From the NCBI GenBank assembly GCA_963575745.1, contig CAUYUJ010000048.1:434001-498000 (forward strand): DNA of 64,000 nt, read 5' to 3'. The DNA comes from Prorocentrum cordatum. Taxonomy: Eukaryota. The notes below the pieces were generated by a model, which was given only the letters and a program-made list of their open reading frames with translations, was not told the DNA's origin and ran no database searches. Shown in pieces: positions 49,776-63,079 of this stretch (its first letter is position 1; each line of letters opens with the position of its first letter). The position numbers were made by a program, and so were the translations under genes.

Positions 49776-50054
49776 CAGCTCCGACGCTCGAGTGGAGCGA
49801 GTGGCTCCAGGAAGGTCCCGAGAATGATCAGCTAAGAAGCAGAGGCTCGTCGCGGGGTCGTTTCGTCGTTCACCGTTTTGCCGATCGGCGCGGGTCCACC
49901 AGACCCTCCTCGCGCCCTGAAAAAAAAAGTCCCGGCGGGAGGTTTTCCTCGCCATCTCCAGCCTGTGGGGGCCCCTACCGGGCTTCGGGACCGCCAGTAG
50001 GGGAACAAGAAGTGGCACAAACATAAAAACTCAGAGGTCCGCGTCGAAGCCCCC

Positions 50055-50868
50055 AGGGGGACCGCCAACATGCGTCCCCCACATGCAATTTTGCATTTTC
50101 GCCCACCCAGTGCAGCGCTTCGTGGCCCCATAGGGAGCTCCACCGAAGCCCCCAGTGGGACCGCCCGCATGCGTCCCCCACGCCCAGGTTGGCATTTTCG
50201 CCCACCCAGTACAGCGCTTCGTGGCCCCATAAGGAGCTCCACCGAAGCCCCCAGTGGGACCGCCCGCATGCGCCCCCCACACCCAGGTTGGCATTGTCAC
50301 CCACCCAGTGCAGCGCTTCGTGGCCCCATAAGGAGCTCCACCGAAGCCCCCAGTGAGACCGCCCGCATGCGTCCCCCACGTCCAATTTGGCATTTCCATC
50401 CACCCAGTACAGCGCTTCGTGACCCCATAGGGAGCTCCACCGAAGCCTCCAGTGGGACCGCCCGCATGCCCAATTTGGCATTTTCACCGACCCAGTACAG
50501 CGCTTCGTGGCGCCATAGGGAGCTCCACCGAAGCCCCCAGTGGGGCCGCCCGCATGCGTCCCCCACATCCAATTTGGCATTTTCACCCACCCTTTGGACC
50601 CTTTACAACGCTTCGCGGCCCTATGGGGGGCTCCACCGAAGCCCCCAATGGGACCGCCCGCGTGCGTCCCACACGCCTAAGTTGGTATTTTCACCCACGC
50701 AGTGCAGCGTTTCGTGGCCTCATAGGGAGCTTCACCGACGGCCCCATTGCTACCGCCCGCATGCGTTCCCCCCCGCCCAGCGAAGCGCTTCGTGGCCCCA
50801 TAGGGAGCTTCATCGAAGAAGATATTCACAATTGCGGTACCCACAACTTCATATGGTTGGGTCCTTCG
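50055..50868. repeat. ~100-bp tandem repeat, about 8 copies, related to the 44157-44812 array
   Basis: CGCTTCGTGGCCCCATAGGGAGCTCCACCGAAGCCCCCAGTGGGACCGCCCGCATGCG units. Confidence 0.9.
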
Positions 50869-52899
50869 GCAGGATAATTGTTTGTCGCCCCGGGATGCTT
50901 GCCAGCAGCTGCGCCTCGCCGAGGGCGTTCCCGGGGTGCCCGAGTCGTTCCGAACAGCCGCCAGACACCTCCCCTCGTCGAGGAAAAACAACATCGCGGA
51001 GGGTCGTTGCCAGCTTTCGGCCGCTGGGGGCGCTTGCCTGGCCCCGGGGCCAGTTGAAACGACCCAGGCTGAAGAGCCCGCCCTGGGGAAGGGGTTCACA
51101 CCTCCTGTGGTCCACGCCGTAGAACAAACCATGCCGGGGATCTTGGAGAGAGGGTGCGGCAGGGAGGGGGGAAGGCAGAAGGAGCTTCAGAAGGGGTAGA
51201 CAGGAGGCTTCAAGACGCCTGCGGTCTCTTCTGGGAAGCACTATACCGTCTGGGACGGCAGCAAGGGCCCAAGTCCCTTGCCCCCTCTCAGCGGCGTCTT
51301 CCACCCAGACCTCCGACGGATTCTTCTTTCGTTCCAGTCCGCGGGCCTCCGAGGTCTCGACGCCTGTATCCATAGGGCCAGCTTCTTCAGATTCATGCTC
51401 GATTGTCCTCCAGGGCCCAGAAGCGGCCCCAGGGTTTCGTTTGGGGGAATCGTGAACGAGTCGCCCGGATTCAAGAACGACAGTCTGCCCGCAGTCTGGG
51501 TACAAGCGGCACGTTGGCAAGAACAACCGTAGGTTTGCTTTATGGGGGGGCACCCTTATTTCTTCGTGTTCTTGGGTTTCCCAGGTCGGGAAACGTCGTT
51601 CAAGAGGCTTTCGCCATGTCGGCAACCCCCATAGAGTAAATTCGTCGGGAGTCGTGCCACAGTACCTGGCCTGTGGGTCGAAAGCCTCGCGGATGCATAT
51701 GAGAGCCTCCTGGAATTCTTCTCAGGGGCCTATTGGAGGGCTCTTGGGGGCATCTGGTTTGTTTTTTGGGGCTCTCGGGGGCCTCTTGGGAAGTCTCTTG
51801 GGGCCTCCTTTGGGGCGCCCCAGGAGTCACTGGTGGGTTCTTGGGGCCATCAGGGCGGGAAATATTCGAGATGTCAGTTCGTATTGTCCCTTCTGGGCCT
51901 CTCTTGGGGCCCTGCTGGGCCGTCTTAGGAGCCCCTGGGGCCGTCTTGAGGCCCCCTTGAGACCCCTTGGGGCTCAATTGGGCCGTCTTGGGGCCATCTT
52001 CGGGGCCTCATGAGCCGTCTTGGGACGATTTTGAGGGGCCATTGGGCCGTAGTGGACGCCGTCAAGACTAGAAAAACGCGTATGTCGAAAGTGCACGTTT
52101 CCTTCAGGGGAATGGGACGATGTTTGCGTCTTGTGTCCCTCTCGGCGGCCCTCTGGGAGCACTCTTGAGCCGCCTTAGGGGCCTCGTAGGCCGTGTTGAA
52201 GCAATGCCGTCGCAGCTGTGCCGTCTTGGCGCTCTCTTGAACTGTCTCGGCGTTCATTGGGCAGTCTGAGGTTTCTTTGGAAGCTCGGGAGAACCCCCGG
52301 GGTGCGTTGGCGAGCTCGTGCACCCCAAGATGTTCAGGACGGCGTCCGGAGGGACGAGACGCACGCTCCTCTGCCGCCTTGCGCAAGCTGTGCACACCCG
52401 ATCCGTCGACGCCAAGATTCAGGCATCCGATTCGAGAGGAGAAGGATCCCCACCATGATCTTCACCCAACACTGCACGTTCATCTTATACACGTCAGTAT
52501 ACGGCAGCAGTGTGCCATGTGACGTTACCGCGTTGCTTTCGATTTGGTAGCGGAGCTGGCCAAACTCTCGTGCTGTTGTCTCCCATGCTCAGGGCCACTG
52601 TGTTACTCTCTGGTACTATCCACGTGGCCGTTGTCACGTCTTGCTACGAGCCCACACTCTATCCGCGACTCCGTGGATCGAATCTCGAGATGTGTTTGGA
52701 AACGCACACACACAAAAGATTTACCATAGCCAACGCGTGAGGTTTAATTTTTTCCTCAATGGTGAAATAGTTTAAACCTATCAGGTCTGTATCTCCTGCG
52801 AAAGAAGACTTGGACAACGTTCCGAGCCTGGAAACATCGAGCACGGAAGCGTGCTAAACCTCCAATCGCGACGCCTAACCGCACCCACAAAGACCGAAA

Positions 52900-53300
52900 C
52901 CGCGCGCGGAAGTGCGCCTGAGCCAAACAACTCACGACAGAGGATTGTGAAGTTGATTGCGAGTGTGACCACGTGGCTATGCATTGGATCTGTCATCGGA
53001 CACATGCACCGTATTGAAGTATCGACAGCAGCATTCCCAAGTACTGGGACGCAGCCGGGAACGTACCGTTGCAATAAGCTCGTCTATGACATCAGCGTTT
53101 GGATCGTTCTCGCAGGTGCCCGCACGACCCCGCTGCAGCAAGCTGCAGCCCTCCAGCGAGGGCTCCGACGCCTTGTTAGCAAGATCGCTAGGCGTACCCC
53201 TCCAGACTGCAGAAATGCACGGCGCGATCGTCAGAGGCACTCCAACCTACCCTGTCACCCACATCGTGCTCACCACGAGCGAGAAGCTCGGGCACCCCGA
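52900..53300 (+). pseudogene. Possible degraded non-LTR retrotransposon fragment (region downstream of the RT core)
   Basis: WLCIGSVI ... NKLVYDISVW ... LRRLVSKI loosely resembles the YLGS.I / LLYG.E.W / LRRI pattern of RTE-like LINEs. No RT core motif was seen. Confidence 0.25.
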
Positions 53301-56300
53301 GGATGAGCACCAGCTCGCCTCGGGCACTCAACCGATCGCCTTCCACGCTTCCACGAACGGCCGCACCGACGAGACCCTCGCCGGGTTCGGGAGGGCGCGC
53401 CTCGAGGCGCAACCGGCTAGAGCCGACATACAGTGGGAGGCCCATGCCAAGAGACATCCTGCTTGCCTCCAGGGTGCCCTGTTTTTTTTTTGGTTTCCAT
53501 AGTTTTGCAGTGGGAGGCGTGACGTTCCCACGCCAAAACACGATGGACGCCCCGGTTCTCAGGGTTGGGTCTCGTGTGGAAGGTGTCTTGTGGTCGGGCC
53601 CCTGCTGTATTACAACCACCGAACCGCCCCAGGCCACGCACACAGGTGGAGCGCGAAGACCCGATCGGCCGCATGCGTCCCGCAGGACGTCGCGGAGCGC
53701 TCGCCGGGGAATGCCGGATCACTGTTCGGTCGGGGTCGCGGTGGCAGCAGCCGCGCTCACAACGCAGACGCCACCGACGCCCCGGCGCACGGGGACAGGC
53801 CCAGCGTATGGACAGGCGGTCCCTGCGAAAGCACTGCTCTGCGTGCCCCCCCCCCCCCCAGGCCTCCAACAACACCAGCGACCCGTCGACCTGGCGTGCT
53901 GGTCGCACCATGTCAGCACCCCCGTGCACCTCCACCCCGCGCGGGGCGAGGCGCATTTTTTGGTGTCGGCTTTTGCCGCCAGCGACGACGACGACTCTGG
54001 CGCTTTCTCCGGCTTTGCTTCCTCCAGTGGTGCCGGACATTGGGATCGGACAGGCGCTCGGAACATGGATGCCGACGGCAAAAGGCTGAACATTGATTGT
54101 GGTTGCTACAAGAAGCAAGAACGGAGGTGGAGGAAGCTCACTTGCAAGGCAGTGCGACGTGCAAGACGGGCGATTCGGAGAATAATAGGATGAAGCGGTA
54201 AACGGCGCAGGAGGGTGGAGACGCCTGCGCGGACGGGGCATCGCCGCATGTATCGTCGTTATGCTTGCAGACGAGCAGAACGACGAGATATTGATTCGAA
54301 AAGGCAGGGGCAGAGACGGCAACCCCCAGTGCAGTGGCGGTGAGGCCCTCAAGTGCAATGGAGGTCGTGGTGAGACACAGTTGATCAGGTATTGGCGGTC
54401 AAAAGGGGAATGGGCGGGGCTTCGCTACCGAAGCTGATGTGGGCTCGAATATATGGGGACCGTGCTGGACACTTCTCATCCGAGGACTGCGAATGGCAGC
54501 CCTATGTTTCACCTCCCACAGCCTCACGGATGGCCTCGGTGAGCTGCAGGCGTGCTCCCGCGGAGCCTTGGCGGAGCTCTTGCGCCAGCGAGAAGTTCGC
54601 GGCTGCGGAGTCACGTTCGGGGGCCGCCTCTCCGGAAGCGAGGAGAGCACCACGGTGGAAGAGGGGCCCTCCGACGGCGCCCCCAGCGACGTCGACGTCG
54701 ACGCTGCGGGCGCTAAGCTGAGCGCCCAGGTCGACGTCCGGCACGGAGGCGCACCGCACATTACCACAGCCGGTCTGCCAGCGGGGCGCACTGCAGCGGT
54801 GGGTCGTGATGTGTCCCCTGCAGGCGGTGACCCCGGCGGTGCTTGCCAGGATTTTGGGGAAGAGTATCCGCAGAGGCTGTGGCCACGCGCCCGCTCAAAA
54901 AATCGCGGCGCACGCGATGGTGACGTACGTCATGGCACTGAGCCATGGAGAACATCGACCAGGCTGTCTGCGAGGAGAACCTCCTCCCCCCTCCTCCTCC
55001 CCCCTCCTCCTCCAGCTCCTCCAGCTCCTCCTTCCCCCTCCTCCTCCCATTCCTCCTCCCCCTCCTCCCCCTCCTCCCCCTCCTCCGCCTCCTCCTCCTC
55101 CTCCTCCTCCTCCTCCTCCATCCCCTCCTCTTCCTCATCCTCCTTCATCTCCTCCTCTGCCTCATCCTCCTCCTCCTCTTCCTCCTCCTTCTCCTCCCCC
55201 TCCTCCGAGAAGGCTTTCCGCTGTTGGCGCCCGGCTCGTGGGCGGTGGCAACGGTGGCAACCAGCTCGCGGCGCCGCCGTTGATGTGCGTCGGAACGCAG
55301 CGGGCGCGCGTCCCAGATCCCCGCTCGGAAACGGACCTGCTCCCACAGTGCATGATACTCCTATCCCGCCTGCGCCCCCCGCAGCTGACGCTGACATGGA
55401 CCCTGGCGGATTCGATGCCCACATGTGCGCCACCAAAGATTCGGGCGTTCGCGTCGATCACGCACTGACGGGCGGCGCTGAGGCGAGGTTGCGTGATTGC
55501 GAACCCGAGGGACAGGCCGCGTTCTGGTACCACGGGGCCACCGGACGCTGGTGACACGCCCTCGGCATCGCCACCGAGATGCGTCGCAGGGCCAGGGCTG
55601 GCATGCCTGGCCAGCAGTTCGGACACGAGCCTGAGCCCACGCGGGGTGCCACGTCTTCTCCTGATGACCGCGGAGGCCTCACGACTGTGGCACGTGGCCA
55701 ACCGACGTCGCCCCGGGAGGCCCCCAAGAGAGGCCCCCTCTGGAGGCTCTTGGGAGGCCCTCAGGGGGCCCCAAGAGGGCCCCAGGAAGCTTTTTCATTA
55801 TCGTCCTCATTTCCTGCCTCCCCTCCTCCTCCTTCTCCTCCTCCTCCTCCTCCTCCTCCTCCTCCTTCTCTTCTTGGCCTGGCACCTGTTCTCATGGTGT
55901 CAGCGCCACACACTTCCTCCGGGCACACTGTCAGTGTCAATTGCATGCGGCGGCTGGGGGGCAGATAAACCGGCTTTCGTCGTTCTTGTACCAGCCATGT
56001 GGCACTTTGCCCGTGGCAGCGGCGCGTTAGTTTCGCCCGTGACCTGGAGATGGGTACCAGGCACGGGGAGTTTGCATTTGGTTGAGAGGCGGGGCCATGT
56101 GGTCCGTAAGTCCCTTGGGACCTTGTGTCCGCTCACCCTGGGGTACAAACCCAGTTGCACATGCCATCCGATTCGGCAGGGGCGACGGTCGGGAAGTACT
56201 GCGCGGTGGCGCGGTGAACCGGCTGTCCCCCTACGCACCACGCCGTCTCGGTTGGGCAACGAGTTGCTGAGCGACGAGGCGTCTGTCTTTCCCCTGACCG

Positions 56301-57098
56301 TCGGTGCTGGCGCCTGCGGGCCCCTTTCTCCTGTCTGGGAGGCCGAGGGTGACGGTTGAGCCTCGCTCGCCGCTTATTTCTTGGATCTATGACACTCATG
56401 ACACTATTTTTTCTCCTCTTCCTTCCCGCGAGGACGACGACGATGATGCTGGGGCCGCACAAATCCCCAGCTCAGACCACTCGCTGAATTGCCGCGGGGT
56501 GTGACTTCAGCCTTTTTTCCCACCACGCGGACGAAGACGACGTCGAGTTCTCTGCCCGTCCTTTCCTGATCACTCGTCTGAAGTTTGCATTTTTGTTCGC
56601 TCAGACTAATTACTTCCAGCTGCGTTGTTGCAAAGGCACAGTGGCGGGGCTTCCCGGAGGCATCTAGATAGAACAACAACATATTCATGGTGCTCTGTCA
56701 AAAGCCGACGTAAGAGTGGCTACAGTATAAAAAAACAGGCGCGACAACGACCAATCATACGTAATATCAATGCTGACAGGCGTCACGGCGTCACACCGCC
56801 CCGCCGAGAGCAGAACGTAACAAACCATTTGTGCGGATAGCCGAACATCGCCGAGCACAGCGTCGCAGAATTCAAAACTTCAGAGACCGCCTCATGCCGT
56901 CCTATCAAACACCACATGCACGCCAAACCCACGCTGGCCACAGGAACGAACAGTAGCGGCAAGGACCGGTTAGACGACATGTCGGACGTGACGGACGTCT
57001 CGACGCCACGCCGGCCCGTGCAGAGTAGAACATAAGAGAACCTTTGGCGATTTTTATAGCGAGCGCACTCCAAGCTAACATGATACAGCATAGCCTTC

Positions 57099-57246
57099 GA
57101 TCGGGCACGTCCCTCTACAGGAGGAATATTTTTAAACACTTCAGACATAGTGTGGGGAATCATTTTTGTTAAGTATCTTCGGGCACTTCTGACCACGTGT
57201 TATTTTCGCCCAAAATCCGCCTGTTAGGGGGGCGCGCCCGATCTAA
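57099..57246. mobile_element. MITE family A, copy 6
   Basis: GATCGGGCACGTCCCTCTACAGG ... CCGCCTGTTAGGGGGGCGCGCCCGATC. Confidence 0.78.
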
Positions 57247-57850
57247 GCATCGTCCTATGCAGCAGCCACCTATCCACATCCTATCATCAACCGAGCATCA
57301 CATCATCGACCGCATGGTAATATCATCAAGCGCGACGTGCGCGACGCTGTGAAGCTGGCGTCACGACTCTGCGCTAGCCCGTCCAGAACGCAACAACAAC
57401 AACACATAATGTCAAGTGTTACGCTGAGGCAGTATCCAGGCGAACGGGATACAGCCTCCTCTGACTCTCTTTTCCAGCAGGTTGCCGATTCTTTCCGACC
57501 GAGCTGTGTGGTCCTCGCTCAGACCACGCGTTTAGGGGCTTGGGTTCTCTCCAAGGTGTGTGTGTGTGTTTGTGTGTGTGTGTCGGTTTCTTTCGTCAGG
57601 GGATCTCCTGCTGCGCCGACGTGGGGCCGCCAGCTTCCAGGACAACCGGCAGCTGGCCGCCCGGCTGCCGCGCCGGCCGAGGCCCTGCGCGCACCGCTGC
57701 GGCAGGCGCGCGCACCCTCGGGAACGAGCGCCGACGGGTTCCGGTGGGCATCGCTCGAAACCAAGATATTGTGCAGTCCCGAAGCAGCGGTTGCTTGCCA
57801 GGGGGGCCCACTTCCGGGTCAAAAACCATTTGTTCGTTTGCCAGGGCGTT

Positions 57851-58048
57851 GGGTCGGGGGCGGAAAAGAGGGGGGTGATGACTAGGTGGGGGTGGATATC
57901 ATGGCGTGGGCCATGATATTTCCCCAGATTTCGTGGCGCCCCTTCTTATTTCATTACGTTCCCGGCCCCCCCGCTGGGCCGCGCACATGCCGCCGGTCAT
58001 GATTTGCACCCCCCCTCTCTTGGACACCCACCTCTTGGCCGCTCCCGA
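57851..58048. mobile_element. MITE family B, copy 2
   Basis: Matches 25250-25462. Confidence 0.8.
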
Positions 58049-59019
58049 GAGGGTTTCGGTGGGGATCGCTCGAAGCCAGATAATTGCGCAGTCCCGAAGC
58101 AGCGGTTGCTTGCCAGGGGGGCCCACTTCCGGGTCAAACCATAACCAGTTGTTCGTTTGCTGCAGGGCGTTGGATGCTTGGGGGCTTGTGCATGCCAAGG
58201 CCGTCTCCGGACCGCCCCCCCTTGCATGGCCGCTTCCGCGCTCTGCCAGTGCGCGAGGGTGGCGTTCCGCGGGGCCCTTGGCTTGCGAACAGCATCGTGC
58301 AGGCAGCAGGGAAGCGTCGTGCGGCCGCAGCCCTTTACCGACCAGGTTGCTGAGGAGCGGCCCGGCGCCGCGAAGGTCTGAGCAGCGGCAGGGACATCTG
58401 GTCGTCGCAGCTCTCGGTCTGACTCGGCCCACCACCGATCAGCGGCTGCGGGAGCGACGGGCAGTGGGCAGCGCTGCAATGGCGGCGTGGGCCGTGGCCT
58501 GAAGCCTCTAGGGCTCGTGCGCCGCTGGCATCCTGGTGCCGCGTGCGCGCGTGGGTGTGCGCGGGGGCGTGCCCCCCTGAAGACGCACACGGGACGAGAC
58601 GAAACGGGGCAGCGGTCGCCGCGCCGGGCCCCCCATCCCGGCTCGAGGGCAGTGACCCCGGGGCGCGCCCGCGCCGTTGTCCCCCCCAGCCGCCGCCCGG
58701 TTTTCGGGCGCCGGCGGAGGCGGCAGATCCCTCTGGCAGAGCTAGCGTGGGCTCCCCTCCTCACGGCATCCATCGTGCCAGTCGTCTTGATCTGCTCGGG
58801 CGCCCCTGAACGGCGGGTGTAAACAAGATGGACCTGTTTCCACCACCACCACCATAAGTTGGAGGGGGAGGAGGAGGTGGAGGATGAGGAGGAAAAAGAG
58901 GAGGAGGAGGAGGAGGAGGAGGAGGAAGAGGATCAGCAGGAGGAGCAGGAGGAGGAGCAGGAGGAGGAGGAGGAGGAGGAGGAGGAGGAGGAGGAGGAGG
59001 TGGAGGAGGAGGAGGAGGA

Positions 59020-60300
59020 GGAGGAGGAGGGAGGAGGAGGAGGAGGAGGAGGAGGAGGAGGAGGAGGAGGGGGGGGAGGAGGAGGACCCCCTCCCCCTCC
59101 AACTTCTGGTGGTGGCGGTGGACAACACGCCCACCACAAGCAGACACGCCCCCTGCCGTGCTCTGGCCTTTTCTCCGCCCTCCTCTCGGGGGTTGGGGCC
59201 CGCGTCGGCGGCTCGGGCTCGACGAGAGGCTCCGAAGCTGCGGTACTCACGCCCCGATGGGCAGCGCGTGGGTCGCGCGCGGGCTCGGCAACCGATTCGC
59301 CGATTTGGTAAATCCACGGGCGAAGAGCAGAGGCCGAGGAGGAGGAGGAGGAGGAGCAGGAGGAGGAGCAGCAGGAGGAGGAGGAGGAGCAGGAGGAGGA
59401 GGGGCGAATTCGCCAATTTCGCCGATCAACTCTTTTTTGCCGTCGGGGGCGCCGGTCCCAGGGCGGCTGGAAAGTTAATACCCTGACGGTGGCACGTCAA
59501 GGTACAAAATTTTCCAGCCGCCTTGGGACAGGCGCCCCCGGTGACGGAAAAGTTGATTGTGAAGGCCTGACGGCCGGTGCCGCTGACCCTGAAAGACATC
59601 GACGACGACCAAAGGAGGAGGAGGAGGAGGAGGAGGAGGAGGAGGAGGAGGAGGGGGAGGAGGAGGAGGAGGGGGGGGAGGAGGAGGACCCCCTCCCCCT
59701 CCAACTTCTGGTGGTGGCGGTGGACAACACGCCCACCACAAGCAGACACGCCCCCTGCCGTGCTCTGGCCTTTTCTCCGCCCTCCTCTCGGGGGTTGGGG
59801 CCCGCGTCGGCGGCTCGGGCTCGACGAGAGGCTCCGAAGCTGCGGTGCTCACGCCCCGATGGGCAGCGCGTGGGTCGCGCGCGGGCTCGGCAACCGATTC
59901 GCCGATTTGGTAAATCCACGGGCGAAGAGCAGAGGCCGAGGAGGAGGAGGAGGAGGAGCAGGAGGAGGAGCAGCAGGAGGAGGAGGAGGAGCAGGAGGAG
60001 GAGGGGCGAATTCGCCAATTTCGCCGATCAACTCTTTTTTGCCGTCGGGGGCGCCGGTCCCAGGGCGGCTGGAAAGTTAATACCCTGACGGTGGCACGTC
60101 AAGGTACAAAATTTTCCAGCCGCCTTGGGACAGGCGCCCCCGGTGACGGAAAAGTTGATTGTGAAGGCCTGACGGCCGGTGCCGCTGACCCTGAAAGACA
60201 TCGACGACGACCAAAGGAGGAGGAGGAGGAGGAGGAGGAGGAGGAGGAGGAGGAGGAGGAGGGGGGGGAGGAGGAGGAGGGGGAGGAGGAGGAGGAGGAG
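59020..60300. repeat. 602-bp tandem duplication bounded by (GGA)n tracts
   Basis: About 59085-59613 is nearly identical to about 59687-60215. Confidence 0.93.
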
Positions 60301-61356
60301 GAGGAGGAGGAGGAGGAGGAGGAGGAGGAGGAGGAGGAGGAGGAGGAGGAGGAAAACATGAAGAGGAGAATGAGGAGGGGGAAAGGACCCCCCTGGGACC
60401 CCCCCCCCCCCCCTGGGGAGGAGGGGCCGGAGGAGGACCGGCGTGGGAGCGGGGAGAGGAGGGGGAGGAGGAGAGGAGGACCCCCCGGGACGGATGCCCA
60501 AACTTTCCAGCCGCCCCGGGACGGGTGCCCCCCGGGTGACGGAGAAGTCTGTGCTGTGCGGTTCTCCGCCCGCTATATGAGTAGGAGCCTGCGTGCTCTC
60601 GCGGGAGCAGGCCGTGGGCGGCCGCGAGGGGGTCGCCGGTTGGCGGGGTGGGTGGTGTACAGTGGAGCCCCATGCAGGGTAGGTTGGGGGCGGCTACGAG
60701 GGGGTCCATGATTGGCGCGGTGGGTGGTATGCAGTGGAGACCCAAGCCAAGAAACACCCTGCCTGCCTGCATCGAAGAAAAACAAACTGCATTAACATAA
60801 ACTTTTGACGCTCCGCGCGGATTTCTCGGACCCGCGCCTGGGCCCCGACGGCGGCGCTTCCGGCGCCGCCCCTGGCGCGCTCCGCGCGCCTGGGAGGGGT
60901 GTCCAGCGCGAATCCAAGAAATCCGCGCGGAGCGCCCAAAGTTTATATCTATGTAGTGTTTTCTTCTTCTACTCCAGGGTGCCCTCGGTTTTTAGGGGCT
61001 GCGATGGTTCTGCGACGAAGAGCGTGACGTTCCCGCACCGAAGGTCGACAGACCTCCTGGGGTCTCAGGGTTGGGTCTCGTTGGGGAAGGCTTCACAGGG
61101 ACTGGCCTCCACGGCATCTCCCCGGATGTCATGGCCCACTCCACTGCTTTCGTCGATACGTCCCTTGGTTGGCCCTCCCCGGGACCGCGCGCGCGCCTCG
61201 GGCCGGGATCTGCAGAAGCCTGCTCCCTGGGACGCCCCCCCGTGTGCGGCCGCCCGCAGGGAGAGGGTGGCTTCCGGCTGGGTCGGGAGGGAGAGAACAC
61301 ACACGGGCACAAGCAGTCGTCGATTCCCTTGAAAATATGGGAAGTGGGGTGCAGAC

Positions 61357-61550
61357 GATCGGGGGCGGCAAAGAGGGGGGTGATGACTAGGGGGGGGGAT
61401 ATCATGGCGGGGGCCATGATATTTTCCCAGATTTCATGGCGCCTCTTCTTATTTCATTACGTCCCTGGCCCCCCCGCTGGGCCGCGCACATGCCGCCGGT
61501 CATGATTTGCACCCCCTCCTCTTGGACGGCCCCCTCTTGGCCGACCCCGA
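61357..61550. mobile_element. MITE family B, copy 3
   Basis: Matches 25250-25462. Confidence 0.8.
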
Positions 61551-63079
61551 GACGAGAGTCCAGAATAAATGAGGACTGGTGGGGAGTCCTGGGGACTGGT
61601 GCGCATTCGTTATTCGTGTGTGGTTCTCCCCCGTGGCGGGGTGCCCACGAGTCTCGGCCCCTGGGGCCCCCAGCTTGCCCGCGTGCTCGCAGGGACTTTC
61701 TCGCGACGCCGGAAGAGGACCCTCCTCCTCCTCCTCCTCCTCCTCCTCCTCTCCTCCTCCCCTCCTCCTCCCATCCTCCTCCATCCTCCTCCTCCTCCTC
61801 CTCCCTCCTCCTCCTCCTCCTCCCCCTCCTCCTCCTCCTCCTCCTCCTCCTCCTCCCCCTCCTTCTCCCTCCTCCTCCTCCTCCTCCTCCTCCTTTTCCT
61901 CCTCCTCCTCCTCCTCCTCCTCCTCCTCCTGCGTGGGTGGCAAAGCAGTTGCCTCGAGCACCTGCCCGAACCCTCGACATCGGTGACTGTTTCACAGCGT
62001 GGCCCCCCCGGAAGACTCGGGCCCTTCCCTTGTTGGGCGTTGCGTCATCCGAGGCCTCCTAGCTGGGGTCCGAGCAGATGGGGTCAGAGGATCGCGCCGC
62101 ATCGGCGATGCATCAACGATGCGGCTCGATGTGGAGCCCGTGTTTCCCCACGCCGGCGTCGCCGATGCATCGCCGATGCATCGCCGATACGTCGGAGATG
62201 CATTGGCGATGCGGCGCGATCCTTCGACCCATTTACCATGAGGCGTCTAGTATTGGGGGAGGCGATAAAAAGAGGGGGGGAGAAGAATGATGCGCCTAAT
62301 TATCGTGCACCTCAGGGACCCTACAGGGGCCCAAAAGGGGCGCGAAAGGCGTACGCTTCTTCGCCCAGCCGTGGACTGGCTTTTCTTCCTGTTGCGGGTC
62401 TGGGGCCCAAGAGTCGATTACATGTAAGAGTGGCCCTTCGCCGCAGTGGCCTCTTGGTGCGGGCCCACCGGGGTCCCACGTTCGGTGGACGCGATGCGAG
62501 GGCAGCGGCTTGCTTGCGCTTGGGTTCCCCTCCCCCCCTCGCGCTGCCCCTCGGGCCCCGCACCAGAGGTCACCCTTGCCTGGGAGACCACTCCTTGCGT
62601 GCAGCCGAGAGCAGAGCAGCGCCCCCCGTGTAGGCCCTTCCGCTAGCGCAGACTGCCCCTGCCTCGCCGCCGACGCGAAAAGTGTATAGCCGAGAGCAGG
62701 CCCCCTCTGGAGGCCGCAAGCTGTCGAACAGGTTCCGCGCGAGCTGTACGCGACGCGAGGGGTTCGGGGCATAGCTGACTGGCACAAGGCGATCGTTTTT
62801 GTTGTTCATTGCTTTGCCGATCGGCGCGGGCCCTCGCACCTCCCCCCCCCTGGAGTAGATCTTGGCTGTTTTTTTGGGGCGCCTGTTTCGAGCAGGCGGA
62901 GCCCCTCCCCCACAGGACGCAGTGTCGCAAACAGTCGCACTAAGCAGAGGTCCGGAGCCAGACCCCCCCCCGTCCCCCCCTCTTTAAAGGGGCCCACAAA
63001 CACACAAATAATTACTCCGACGGTAGGACCCCGCATGAGAATCTGTTTAGCTTACCCTTTGCCCTTTCCTCGCCCTCCT

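Noticed and set aside
56480..57090. Possible degraded retroelement or gene (also 6430-7080, 9090-9400, 54050-54480)
   Set aside because: Complex sequence but multiple stops and no recognisable motif.
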